Positions 33,345-45,000 of a DNA stretch of 64,000 bases are shown here, piece after piece. The stretch's first letter is position 1; the number at the start of each line of letters is the position of its first letter. Source of the stretch: Limnothrix sp. BL-A-16 (lineage in GTDB: Bacteria; Cyanobacteriota; Cyanobacteriia; CACIAM-69d); contig CP166615.1 in NCBI GenBank assembly GCA_041937175.2, positions 1,056,001 through 1,120,000 of the forward strand, read 5' to 3'. The notes under the pieces were generated by a model. The model worked only from the letters and a program-made list of their open reading frames with translations. It did not search any database and was not told the DNA's origin. Made by a program: the position numbers and the translations under genes.

Positions 33345-34692
33345 TTGACACTCCCCGTCCTAAAGGGACAGGGATTCTTGATTCTACGAGGTTGCTTGCC
33401 TTGACAGGGTTTCCCCAACCAAAGTAGAGGCATCCTCTCCCCAAGCGTTGCACGGTTCAAGACCGTAGCTTCCGGTATGCCCTACCGTAGCCAATCCCCG
33501 ACTGAGGATATTTCTAGCTGCATTGTGGTCACGATTAAGGACAGCTCCGCACCAACAAATATGCGTCCTTGTTGACAGTCCTTTCTTGACAATCGCGCCA
33601 CAGCTAGAGCATTCCTGGCTTGTGTAGTGAGGCGGGACAGCAACGGTGATTTTGCCAAACACTTTGCCAAAATATTCCAGCCACACTCTGAACTGATACC
33701 AGGATGCATCGTTAATCGACTTGGCAAGGCAGTGATTCTGCACCATGTTTTTGATTCTCAAATCTTCGTAGACGATCAAGTCGTTAGACTGAACTACGCA
33801 CCGTGCCAATTTCACAGCATGGTCTTTACGCTGCCTACTTATCTTGAGATGGCGCTTGCCTAAAATCACCCTTGCCTTGCGACGATTGCTTGACCCTTTA
33901 ACCTTTCTGATAACCCTCCTTTGAGCCTGCTTGATCCGTTGCTCTCCCCTGCGAAGAAAGCGCGGATTTTCCGCTCTGTCGCCATCCTGAGTGACGTAGA
34001 AATCGTTGAGTCCTACATCTAACCCAACCGCCTTACCAGAAGGCTGGACTACTTCAAAGCGTTCAACAGATACGGAAAATTGAACATAGTACCCATCTGC
34101 ACGTTTTACCAGTCTAACCCGCTTGATTTGGTTAGGTTGGTAAAAATGCAAATCACGAGTTCCCTTCAGTTTCAATCTGCCAATCTGCTTACCATCGGTG
34201 AACGTGATTGATTTACGATCCTCCGCTAGTTTCCACCCAGTCGTTTTGTATTCCACTGAGCGAACGTCTTTCTTAAATTGCGGAAAACCTTTCTTGCCTG
34301 GGATCTGCTTTTTGCAGTTCTCATAAAACCGTGAGATCGCAGACCAAGTGCGTTCTGCCGATGCTTGACGAGCCATTGAGTTGAGTTCATTGGCAAACGG
34401 AAATTCTTTTGCCAGCACCGCACAGTACTTGTTGAGGTCGTATTTAGACAAGCCTTTATTGTCCATCCAATAGCGTAAGCACTTGTTTTGGATGAACTTG
34501 GCAGTCCTCAACGCCTCATCAATAGCGCTGAACTGAGCAGGCTTTCCGTAGACTTTGAACTCAAGAATTAGCATATTCGCATTATAGCTTATGCTGACCT
34601 GCTTGGCATAAGAATGACGGGCACTAAAGTACCCCTGTCGCCTTTTATCCTTGCGCTAAAGAGACAAGGTTTTCATGCTCCCGTGCGACCTG
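33345..34692 (-). mobile_element. IS200/IS605-family element, tnpB-only (IS1341-like, non-autonomous)
   Basis: Right end ...GGGGAGTGTCAA at 33345 with hairpin 33353-33373; left-end hairpin 34649-34669 with the same CTTTAG loop; putative target TTAT at 34696-34693; no tnpA; no HIP1 seen inside; left boundary inferred. Confidence 0.85.
33384..34574 (-). CDS. tnpB: RNA-guided endonuclease TnpB
   Basis: RuvC-I VGLDVGL, RuvC-II IVYEDL, zinc finger TSQECSSCG...HICWCG, RuvC-III NRDHNAARNIL. Confidence 0.96.
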   Translation of the reverse strand: MLILEFKVYGKPAQFSAIDEALRTAKFIQNKCLRYWMDNKGLSKYDLNKYCAVLAKEFPFANELNSMARQASAERTWSAISRFYENCKKQIPGKKGFPQFKKDVRSVEYKTTGWKLAEDRKSITFTDGKQIGRLKLKGTRDLHFYQPNQIKRVRLVKRADGYYVQFSVSVERFEVVQPSGKAVGLDVGLNDFYVTQDGDRAENPRFLRRGEQRIKQAQRRVIRKVKGSSNRRKARVILGKRHLKISRQRKDHAVKLARCVVQSNDLIVYEDLRIKNMVQNHCLAKSINDASWYQFRVWLEYFGKVFGKITVAVPPHYTSQECSSCGAIVKKGLSTRTHICWCGAVLNRDHNAARNILSRGLATVGHTGSYGLEPCNAWGEDASTLVGETLSRQATS

Positions 34693-34848
34693 ATAACCTT
34701 ACTGCTGTCTAGGCTTTCTAGGTTATCTAGACCGCGCAGGTTCTTGGATCTCATTTCCCCTTGGATCTTGGATGTTGCATCTGGGATCTGGGGGTTGGTC
34801 TTGGGCCGCACAACCCTCGCCCCTTTCTTACACCTTCGGCATACCGCC

Positions 34849-35379
34849 ATGAAACTGCTCGACTCACAGGGCCGCCTCCTTGGCAAACTCAGCATTTTAG
34901 ACCTCGGTGCAGGCCTGGTTATCCTGCTTGTGCTGGTTGGGATCTTCTTGGTGCCCGGAACCGGCGGCTCCGTGGCCCAAGTGGGCGCAGTGAAACAAAT
35001 GGTCGAAATTGACGCGGTGGCTCGGGGTCTTTCCATTCGGGATCCGCAAACCGTGATCCAAGAAATGACCAGTTCCGGCAAAACCAACGTGATTATTCGG
35101 AACCAGCCCTACGGCAGCATCACTGTTAAATCGGTGCAAACCCTCACCCGCACTACCCTGGTTCCCCAACCCGATGGCACGGTGAAGGCCCTGCCGGATC
35201 CGCGCTCTGATTTGTATAACAGTGACCTGTATTTGACCCTCAGCGGCGAGGCCACCATGACGGAAAATGGGCCCGTTCTGGGGAATAACAAGCTCAAAAT
35301 CGGCATTCCTGTGGAATTGGAAGGAAAGGCCTATAACTTCAATGCCAGCGTGATTGATGTGCGGTTGCTGAAGAAATAG
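34849..35379 (+). CDS. DUF4330 family membrane-anchored protein
   Basis: MKLLDSQGRLLGKLSILDLGA plus TM; NVIIRNQPYG; QPDGTVKALPDPR; KIGIPVELEG. Confidence 0.88.
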   Translation: MKLLDSQGRLLGKLSILDLGAGLVILLVLVGIFLVPGTGGSVAQVGAVKQMVEIDAVARGLSIRDPQTVIQEMTSSGKTNVIIRNQPYGSITVKSVQTLTRTTLVPQPDGTVKALPDPRSDLYNSDLYLTLSGEATMTENGPVLGNNKLKIGIPVELEGKAYNFNASVIDVRLLKK

Positions 35380-35395
35380 GTTTGTTTTTTCGGTT

Positions 35396-35490
35396 ATCGA
35401 TTTCTAAATGATTGATTTCTGAATGATCAACTTCTGAATAATTGATTTCTGAATGATCAACTTCTGAATGATCAACTTCTGAATGATCGA
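35396..35490. repeat. 15-bp tandem repeat x6 (ATCAACTTCTGAATG / ATTGATTTCTGAATG)
   Basis: Directly visible, intergenic. Confidence 0.93.
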
Positions 35491-35538
35491 TCGAACCCAT
35501 TCCGTCCATCAGCGCGATCGAGGCAATCGCCCCCATAA

Positions 35539-37194
<1,656 letters not shown>

Positions 37195-37278
37195 CGATCA
37201 CTTGCTGCCATCTGATTGCTGATTGATGCGCGGATTGCCTCGCCGGTCGCGTTGCAGCGATCTCGTGGCTGGTGATCA

Positions 37279-37318
37279 AGTCCCTCTCTCAAGTCGGGAG
37301 AGGGATTTAGGGTGAGGG
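37279..37318. repeat. Hairpin element AGTCCCTCTCTCAAGTCGGGAGAGGGATTTAGGGTGAGGG
   Basis: Stem TCCCTCTC/GAGAGGGA; resembles the widespread CCCTCTCCC...GGGAGAGGG...GGGTGAGGG intergenic repeat; single copy in window. Confidence 0.6.
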
Positions 37319-37804
37319 TCTTGATTGATGCAAGAGGCCTATGCCAATTGTTTTGTGCATCAGCCCAAGAAACCATCCCTCAATTTGGCTGCACTGGCGA
37401 TTGAGCTGCCCGCTTAACCCGAACTGATGTTAAACCAGGGCAGCGATCGCGCGATCGGGAACGACAACACCGCCGTCAGCGTCCCCAGCCCTAACCCGGA
37501 TCCGCAAAGACCGCCACCAATGGCACGATCTCTGGGGGGAAACTTCTCAGGGCGATCGTGCTGATTTGTCCGCCAATGCCAGTCATTATTCAAGACTGGA
37601 CTCTACAGGCTGGAATCTGAAATTCAAGGCCGGAATTCAAGGCTGAGTTCAGTGGGAGCACAAGTCGTGCTCAAGTTTCTGGAGGAACTGGTTGCACACC
37701 ATGAACGAATTAGCCCCCACAGCGGTCTAATTCAAGGCTCAAAGGCTAAACAGTCCCTAGGCTAACCAGTTCCGGAACTATTCATCGATTAGGAGTTTGT
37801 AATC

Positions 37805-38530
37805 ATGGCTATTGGCCCTAACCCCCCGTTTTACGATCTCGACGATGCCAACAACTTTTTCTCCACTAGTTCGCTGTCGGCGGAAGTGCTCCGCACCACC
37901 CCGGCAGGCGTGCGAGGTTTGGGGGGCGATGACCAAATCACCGGCAGTGCCCAAGCGGACATCATCTACGGCAACCTGGGCAACGACAGCCTTTATGGTT
38001 TGGGGGGCAATGACACTTTCTATGGTGGTCAAGGTGATGACCTGTTGGTGGGTGATGGCCTCAATTCCACTGGGGATGACGTACTCAGCGGCAACAAGGG
38101 CAATGACCTGATTTTGGGTGGCGTGGGTAACGATATCCTGCGGGGGGGTCAGGATAACGATTTCCTGAATGGCGAAGAGGGCAACGATACCCTGGTGGGC
38201 GACTTGGGCCAAGACACCCTGGTGGGTGGGGCTGGCGATGACCTATTGGTGTTGCGACGGGACGCGGCGGCGGTGGCCGATGCCAGCGGGGCGATCGCGG
38301 CGGATTTCATCGTGGATTTTGGCACCGGGAACGATCGCATCGGTTTGACCGGTGGCTTGCAGGAAAGTCAACTGCAACTGCTGGCAATCACTTTGAACGA
38401 CTCCGGCGGTGGCTCCACGCCCAGTACGGCGATTACGTTCAACGACAATGGGGTTTTCAAAACCTTGGGTCTGGTGTTGGGTAAAACGCCCACCGAGCTG
38501 GCCGGTAAGTTCGTGAATACGGACTTTTAA
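37805..38530 (+). CDS. Calcium-binding RTX-repeat (hemolysin-type) protein
   Basis: Multiple GGxGxDxLx nonapeptides. Confidence 0.93.
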   Translation: MAIGPNPPFYDLDDANNFFSTSSLSAEVLRTTPAGVRGLGGDDQITGSAQADIIYGNLGNDSLYGLGGNDTFYGGQGDDLLVGDGLNSTGDDVLSGNKGNDLILGGVGNDILRGGQDNDFLNGEEGNDTLVGDLGQDTLVGGAGDDLLVLRRDAAAVADASGAIAADFIVDFGTGNDRIGLTGGLQESQLQLLAITLNDSGGGSTPSTAITFNDNGVFKTLGLVLGKTPTELAGKFVNTDF

Positions 38531-38756
38531 GCCGACTTTTAAGCCGACCTTGTAGCCGACTTTCTAACCAACCTTTCGGCCAGTTTTTTAGGCTCAGGGT
38601 TCCGCTGATGGCACTAATACCTAATGGGATCAATACCTGATGGCACTAATACCTAATGGGATCAACACCAAACCGGTGGCGTTAGTGGCCAATGGCGGGT
38701 AAGGGGCAAGTTGCGGGCAAGGGGCAAGTTGCGGGCAAGGGGCTTAAGCCCCTTGT
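38521..38756. repeat. Cluster of short tandem repeats (12-bp GACTTTTAAGCC, 32-bp duplication ~38606-38668, 18-bp GGGCAAGGGGCAAGTTGC) ending in a REP-like palindrome (38736-38755)
   Basis: Directly visible between convergent genes. Confidence 0.85.
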
Positions 38757-38758
38757 CT

Positions 38759-39211
38759 TCAGGATTCGCTCAGTAGCTCTCGGGCCCAGGCTTCTTCCTC
38801 CGGCAGCTCGTCTAAAGAGGGCCGGGTTTCCCGCAGTTCGATCGCGGCGGGAGTTGCGATCGATCGGGGGCTAGTGCGGTTCTTGGGGCGCAGTGCGCGT
38901 TCGGCCTCTTCCGCGCTGGCACGGGCTTGATGCAAGAGCTTGTTGCAGCGCTCCCAGGGATTCGATCCATTCAGGGCCTCAAGCTGGCTGCTGCGTTCGT
39001 TGGCCACGGTGGCCAGGGCGCGCAACACGGCAGAAAATTGGATGCCTTCGCGATCGAGGGTATCCAGCATGGGGCGTAACAATTCGCACAACAGGGTGTT
39101 GCGGTGTTCAGCAATCAACGCGCCGAGTTCGCTGGTGTTAATTGCGTCGCTAATGCTTTCGGGTAAATGTTGCATAGCTTTGTGGGCAATAGCGGAGCTG
39201 TCAAGTTTCAT
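38759..39211 (-). CDS. Hypothetical helical protein
   Basis: 150-aa ATG ORF with protein-like composition filling an otherwise empty gap; no recognised motif. Confidence 0.7.
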   Translation of the reverse strand: MKLDSSAIAHKAMQHLPESISDAINTSELGALIAEHRNTLLCELLRPMLDTLDREGIQFSAVLRALATVANERSSQLEALNGSNPWERCNKLLHQARASAEEAERALRPKNRTSPRSIATPAAIELRETRPSLDELPEEEAWARELLSES

Positions 39212-39995
39212 GCGATTTTCATGCGATTTTCAAAAATTCCTCATGAATCGCCGGTTGATGCACCCTCGAAACACGGTTAACGCCACTTTGCGTTTGCGCT
39301 CAAAACCGATCACAGGCGATCGAGCACGATCGGTGAGCGATCGGTTAGAGACCCATTAGCGATCAACTCCACGATCGGCTACTTAACCCTGACGGTTGCC
39401 CCGGATGCTGCCAGGAATGGAGCAGCGGGTTGGTAATCCCGAACGAAGCAGCCTTGCGCTGGCAATGGCAGGCTACCGGGAGTTGCACCAGTCCTGTCCG
39501 TATAGTTGGGACAAATTTGGGCGATCGTCGATACAGAGATTACCTATCTCTTTCTCTAAGGTACAGTGCCGATCGGGAAAATTCCGTGCAAATCAGCCAG
39601 AAGGAGAATTCCGCACAAGGGGCGATGGATGATTGGCGGCTCCGGGCGATCGGCCCCGTTGCCCAACTCCAATTTCGTCACCCAAGCTCCCTCCCAAGCC
39701 CCATGCATTGCCTCATCCGTCTCCCCTGTATCACCTCGTACATCACCCCAGTCATACCATTCCCCACCTGCCAAAAATCTGATCAAAATCCCTGGGATCG
39801 ATTGGACGCGCAATTTGGGCTGATATGGTGAATAATTGTGGATTCGACAGGCTTCGGCACAGACCGCAGCGGTTTGCCTGGGCCCCAAGCCTGAACGTCC
39901 TTGGCTGTTTGTTGACTGGTTTTTGTTTGACTGGTTTTTGTTTGACTCTGCTAACCCCTTAACCCCTCGCTTCAACGGCACTGCAACTGCAAGCT

Positions 39996-41318
39996 ATGGC
40001 TGGAAAACCCACAATCGCCGTTACTCACCTCGGTTGCGAAAAAAATCGCATTGACACCGAGCATATGATGGGCCTGCTGGCCCAGGCAGGCTATGACGTG
40101 AGTGCCAACGACGATGCGGCAGACTACGCGATCGTCAACACCTGTAGCTTCATCCAAGAGGCGCGGGAAGAGTCGGTGCGCACCTTGGTTTCGCTGGCGG
40201 AAGCGGGCAAACGAATTGTGATCACGGGCTGCATGGCTCAACACTTTCGGGACACCCTTTTGGATGAAATTCCGGAAGCCGTGGCCGTGGTGGGTACGGG
40301 CGACTATCACAAGATTGTGGATGTGGTGCAGCGAACGGAAGCGGGCGAGCGCGTTCAGGAAATTTCCGAAGAACCAACTTACATTGCCGATGAGACCGTC
40401 CCTCGCTATCGCACCACGGCCGAAGGCACGGCCTACCTGCGGGTGGCGGAGGGGTGTGACTACCGCTGTGCTTTTTGCATCATTCCCCACTTGCGGGGCG
40501 ATCAGCGATCGCGCTCGATCGAGTCGATCGTGGCCGAAGCCCACAAGCTGGCCGATGAAGGGGTGCAAGAGCTGATCTTGATTTCCCAAATCACCACCAA
40601 CTACGGCCTAGACCGCTATGGCAAACCCAAGCTGGCGGAGCTGTTGCGGGCCCTCGGCGAAGTGGACATTCCTTGGGTGCGAATCCACTATGCCTATCCC
40701 ACGGGGCTAACGGAATCGGTGATTGCAGCGATTCGGGAAACGCCGAATATCCTGCCCTATATTGATTTGCCGCTCCAGCATTCCCACCCGGAGGTGCTGC
40801 GATCGATGAATCGCCCCTGGCAGGCCAATGTGAACGATCGGCTCTTGGCCCAAATTCGCGAGCAATTGCCCAATGCCGTCATGCGCACCACGTTTATTGT
40901 GGGCTTCCCCGGCGAAACCGAAGAGCACTTCGAGCATCTGTGCGACTTTGTGCAGCGCCATGAATTTGACCATGTGGGGGTGTTCACCTTCTCGCCCGAG
41001 GAGGGAACCGCCGCGTTTGATTTGCCCAACCAACTCCCGCAGGAAGTGATGGATGGTCGGCGCGATCGACTGATGGCCCTGCAACAACCCATTTCCCTGA
41101 AGCGAAATCAGGCCTACGTTGGCCAAACGGTGGATGTGCTGATTGAGCAGGTGAACCCGAAAACGGGACAATTCTTGGGCCGATCGGCTCGGTATTCTCC
41201 CGATGTGGATGGTTTAGTCTACGTCACCGGGCCGGCTCGCTTGGGGGCGATCGTCCCGGTCACCATCACCGCCGCCGAACCCTACGACCTATTTGGCGAG
41301 GTCGCCGTCTCCGCCTAA
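39996..41318 (+). CDS. rimO: Ribosomal protein S12 methylthiotransferase
   Basis: [37 protein letters not shown] (radical SAM), TRAM domain with SPDVDG. Confidence 0.97.
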   Translation: MAGKPTIAVTHLGCEKNRIDTEHMMGLLAQAGYDVSANDDAADYAIVNTCSFIQEAREESVRTLVSLAEAGKRIVITGCMAQHFRDTLLDEIPEAVAVVGTGDYHKIVDVVQRTEAGERVQEISEEPTYIADETVPRYRTTAEGTAYLRVAEGCDYRCAFCIIPHLRGDQRSRSIESIVAEAHKLADEGVQELILISQITTNYGLDRYGKPKLAELLRALGEVDIPWVRIHYAYPTGLTESVIAAIRETPNILPYIDLPLQHSHPEVLRSMNRPWQANVNDRLLAQIREQLPNAVMRTTFIVGFPGETEEHFEHLCDFVQRHEFDHVGVFTFSPEEGTAAFDLPNQLPQEVMDGRRDRLMALQQPISLKRNQAYVGQTVDVLIEQVNPKTGQFLGRSARYSPDVDGLVYVTGPARLGAIVPVTITAAEPYDLFGEVAVSA

Positions 41319-41508
41319 AGAATTTGCCCCACCAGCTCTACTCAAACCCAAGGGCGATCGCTCAAAATTGAAAAGCGCGCGGGCTTGCTTCCCACAGAAG
41401 TCAGTCCTCGCCGTTTCAGCCCATTCACCGCCCATCGGACTCCCACCGCGATTGCCCGATCGGAGCGTGGGTGGATCAATCGGGGTGTGTCCCCAAGGAT
41501 GAGGAATT

Positions 41509-41874
41509 GTGGTTTCTTTTTTGATCGTGGCCGTCGTGATTGCCGTCGGCCTGATTGTGCTGACCTATTTGCCGTTTGGTGTAGAAGTCGATAGCCCTTG
41601 GAAGGCCTTGATCGCCGGTATTGTTTTGGGTGTTTTACAGGGGCTGGCGCGGGCTGTTCCTGGCTGGCTTACCTTCTTACCTAAGTTGCTCACGCTGGGC
41701 TTGTTTTCTTTAATTGTTAGCACCTTGCTGTTTGGTTTGGCTGCTTGGTTGGTCGAAGGTTTCCGCCTCAAAAACGGTTTTTGGAGCGCCTTGCTGGGGG
41801 CAGTTTTTATTAGCATCTTCCAATCTTTGGTGCTTGGAGTTCTGGGAAATTTCCTGCCTGTTCTCAACCAATAG
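41509..41874 (+). CDS. YvlD/DUF360 (4-TM holin superfamily IV) membrane protein
   Basis: GVEVDSPWKALIAGIVLG...LLTLGLFSLIV...VEGFRL..GFWSALLGA. Confidence 0.85.
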   Translation: MVSFLIVAVVIAVGLIVLTYLPFGVEVDSPWKALIAGIVLGVLQGLARAVPGWLTFLPKLLTLGLFSLIVSTLLFGLAAWLVEGFRLKNGFWSALLGAVFISIFQSLVLGVLGNFLPVLNQ

Positions 41875-41954
41875 TGTTGCTAGAGTTGTCAGGAAATTAG
41901 AAGTGATTACCCAGTTTCCAAAGCTCTGATTCTTTTGCTGCAAAGCCATGGGAG

Positions 41955-42050
41955 ACAAGGGGCTTAAGCCCCTTGTTTGCGCTGGTTAGCCGATCGAACT
42001 GGCTGCCCCCAAACTCCGGCCGGCGGGACAAGGGGCTTAAGCCCCTTGTC
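41955..42050. repeat. Doublet of REP-like palindromes (41955-41976 and 42027-42050)
   Basis: Two copies ~50 bp apart between convergent genes. Confidence 0.9.
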
Positions 42051-42082
42051 TGTGCTAGATTTCTGCCGTTAAATGTTTCGTT

Positions 42083-45000
42083 TCAATCCTGATCAGAACT
42101 GGGATCTTGATTGGGTAAGTCATCGCTAGCCAACACCCAAGTATTGCGACCCAGAGACTTGGCTTGGTAGAGGGCCCGATCGGCCGCTTGCACCAAATCT
42201 TGGCACGAGCGATCGAGCTGAGGAACTTGGCTGGCAATTCCCAAACTCACCGTCACATAACGGGTTGTCCCTTGGTGCTCTGAGTGGAAAATTTGCAGAT
42301 TCAAAACAGCTTGGCGAATCAGTTCGGCAATTTGGGTTGCACCGCCAGAATCAGTATGGGGCAACACCACCACAAACTCTTCACCGCCATACCGCGCCAC
42401 CAAATCCGTATTGCGCTGGAGCAATCCATCAATCGATCGGGCAATGCTGATCAGACACTGATCACCGGCTGGATGGCCATGCAAATCGTTATATTTTTTG
42501 AAAAAATCCACATCAAATAAAATCAGCGAGAGCGGTTCTTGAATTCGCTGACACCGTTGCCATTCCTGTTGCAAAACCACATCAAAACAACGGCGATTAG
42601 CAATTTGTGTGAGGCCATCTCGGTTGCTCAGGTCATTGAGCTTACTGTTAATTTCTTCCAAAAAATGATTGGCTTGCTGGAGCTGTTCCGCTTGCGATCG
42701 AAACTGTTCCAACAATTCAGAATGTTGAATCGCGATCGCCAACTGATCTGCCACCTGTTGCAACAATTCGGCTTCATCCCCTTGCCAAGAACGGGAATTA
42801 GCACAGGCCTGCACAATCAAAAGTCCCCAAACATGGGATTCACCATGGGGCAAAGTGCCCACAATGGCAGCCATCACTTGAGATTGTGCTCCCGTAGCTT
42901 CCATCAAGCGTGCTAAGTGCATTTGAGGGCGATCGCTCGGAATTTCTTGAATAATCTGTGTCCGAGGCGCAAATTCTGCACTAGACCGTGACCATAGGGA
43001 ATTGGTTTTGGGCCACTGCCGATCGCGCATGGAGGGATAGTCTGTTTTCACCACTTCTTGAATAATTGATCCTGAATTATCCCCATGGAAACGCAGGATA
43101 AAAGTGCGATCGGCTTGCAGGGTTCGATGCACTTCCGTAACCGCAATATCCAAGATTTCACTCAGATCAAGACTACTTTGAATGTGTTGGGTAATGGAAC
43201 GCAAGGTTCGTTCCCGATCGGCCTGTTGGCGAAGGGCAATTTGCGCTCGCTTGAGATGAGTAATATCCCGCGCCACTACCAACACCGACTCAATGACCAC
43301 CGGATTAACCATCACGTTGGATGATTGAGACTCAGACTTTTCAGAATTGACCCAATGAGGCAAATTCAACACAGAACCGCCTATGAAATCTTGAAGATTT
43401 TCGAGGCTGTTCCAACTGGGTACGGCTACAGAAAGACCGAAACGTTCTCGATCCAAAATTGGAGTTTGTATTACTTCCGGTACTACCCAGGACTGGAAAA
43501 TATGGTCACCATCCGGCAATGACATTTCATATTCTAAAAAAGCCTTCTGACCAGTTTCCAAAACGGTTTGTATGCCCTCATGCCACATTTGAACTAAATC
43601 TTCTGGAAATCCTAATTCTGCGCTGGTTTTGCCAATGAAATCTTGCTCAGAAATTCTACAAAGTTGTAAAACTGTGCGATTGACATAGAGAAAGCGTCCT
43701 TCCCGATCGCACCGCATAATGCAATCCGGTGAATTTTCTGCCAGATTACGAAATTCTTGCTCCCGCTGATTGAGGGCCACCTCTGCAAACTTGCGATCGC
43801 TGATATCCTCGATCGTTCCTACCATCCGGACTGGCTCCCCTTGTCCGTTCCAAACCGCCTGTCCGCGAATTCGCACCCAAATATAATGACCTTGGGTATG
43901 TTGAAATCGCACTTCAATGTCATAGCGTTCATAGCTTTGGAGATGGGCTGTCAACGCTTGTTCCCAATGTTCTTGATCCTCGGGATGAATTTTTTTGAAA
44001 AAAGCAGTCTCAGGAAAAAGTTGTGTTGATTGCAGTCCCTGATGTTCTTCACCCAACAATTCTAAATAGCGCTCCGACACCAAAATTGAATCATCCAAAA
44101 TATTCCAATCCCAAACACCTTCGCCAATACTTTGAATTGCGAGATTATACAGATCATTAATGATTTTCAAATCATCTGCTAAGCGTTGTTGATTGGTGAT
44201 GTTGATATGAAATTTAGTGACACGCCAGCCATTAATCTCAGATTCCCATTGGGATGTGCCGGTGAGCATTGCCCAACGCCACTCTCCATTTCGGTGTAAA
44301 AACCGATAGCTAAATTGAAAAGTTTCTTCTGCCCAGATACTTTCAAAATGAGGCAAAACAATCTTCTGGAGATCCTCCGGATGGACAATCGATAGCCACA
44401 GTTGATTATTAGCTAAAAATTCAGAAGGATGATAGCCAAATAGATCTTCACATCCAGCCGAGCAATAATCATAACGATGGCTGTTGTTGGAGAAAACATA
44501 GGCGCTCATAATGGCCGCAGCCGTGTTGCTTAAAACTGCGTTGAGCTTGATTTCCGATTCACGAAGTGCGCGCTCTAAATATACCCGCTCAGTTACATCC
44601 CAAAAGATGCCTTGAATACCGATGATCTGGCCATCGCTGTCACGAACGGGAGTCTTAACCACCTGCACAAGACTCAATTCAGAACCGTCTTGATTTTTGC
44701 CCAATAATGGGTGGGGTTCAATGACATCTAAAATATGTCCGGTTTCCAAAACCCAGCGTGTTTCTTGGCTGTAGCGATTGGCTAAATCATAGGGGTATAA
44801 GTCATAAACGGTTTTGCCAAAAATCTCGGCATCTGACAAATTTAGGAGGTCTAAAAATGCCTGATTAGCAAAGGTGCAATGCCCCTGGCAATCCTCTCGA
44901 AAAAGGGATTGTGGCAATACGTTGGCTAAGGATTGATAGTGAGCGTTGCTGCGGCGCAGGGCTTCTTCTGTGGCTTTGCGATCGGTGATATCAATGTAAG

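Noticed and set aside
35396..35490. Possible CRISPR array (also considered for other repeat tracts)
   Set aside because: Head-to-tail repeats without unique spacers; no cas genes in the window.
39817..39900. tmRNA-like start (GGGCTGAT...GGATTCGACAGG)
   Set aside because: Spacing is wrong, and no tag reading frame or tRNA-like 3' end follows.
41509..41874. Prophage holin
   Set aside because: YvlD/DUF360 is a common chromosomal membrane protein; no phage genes nearby.
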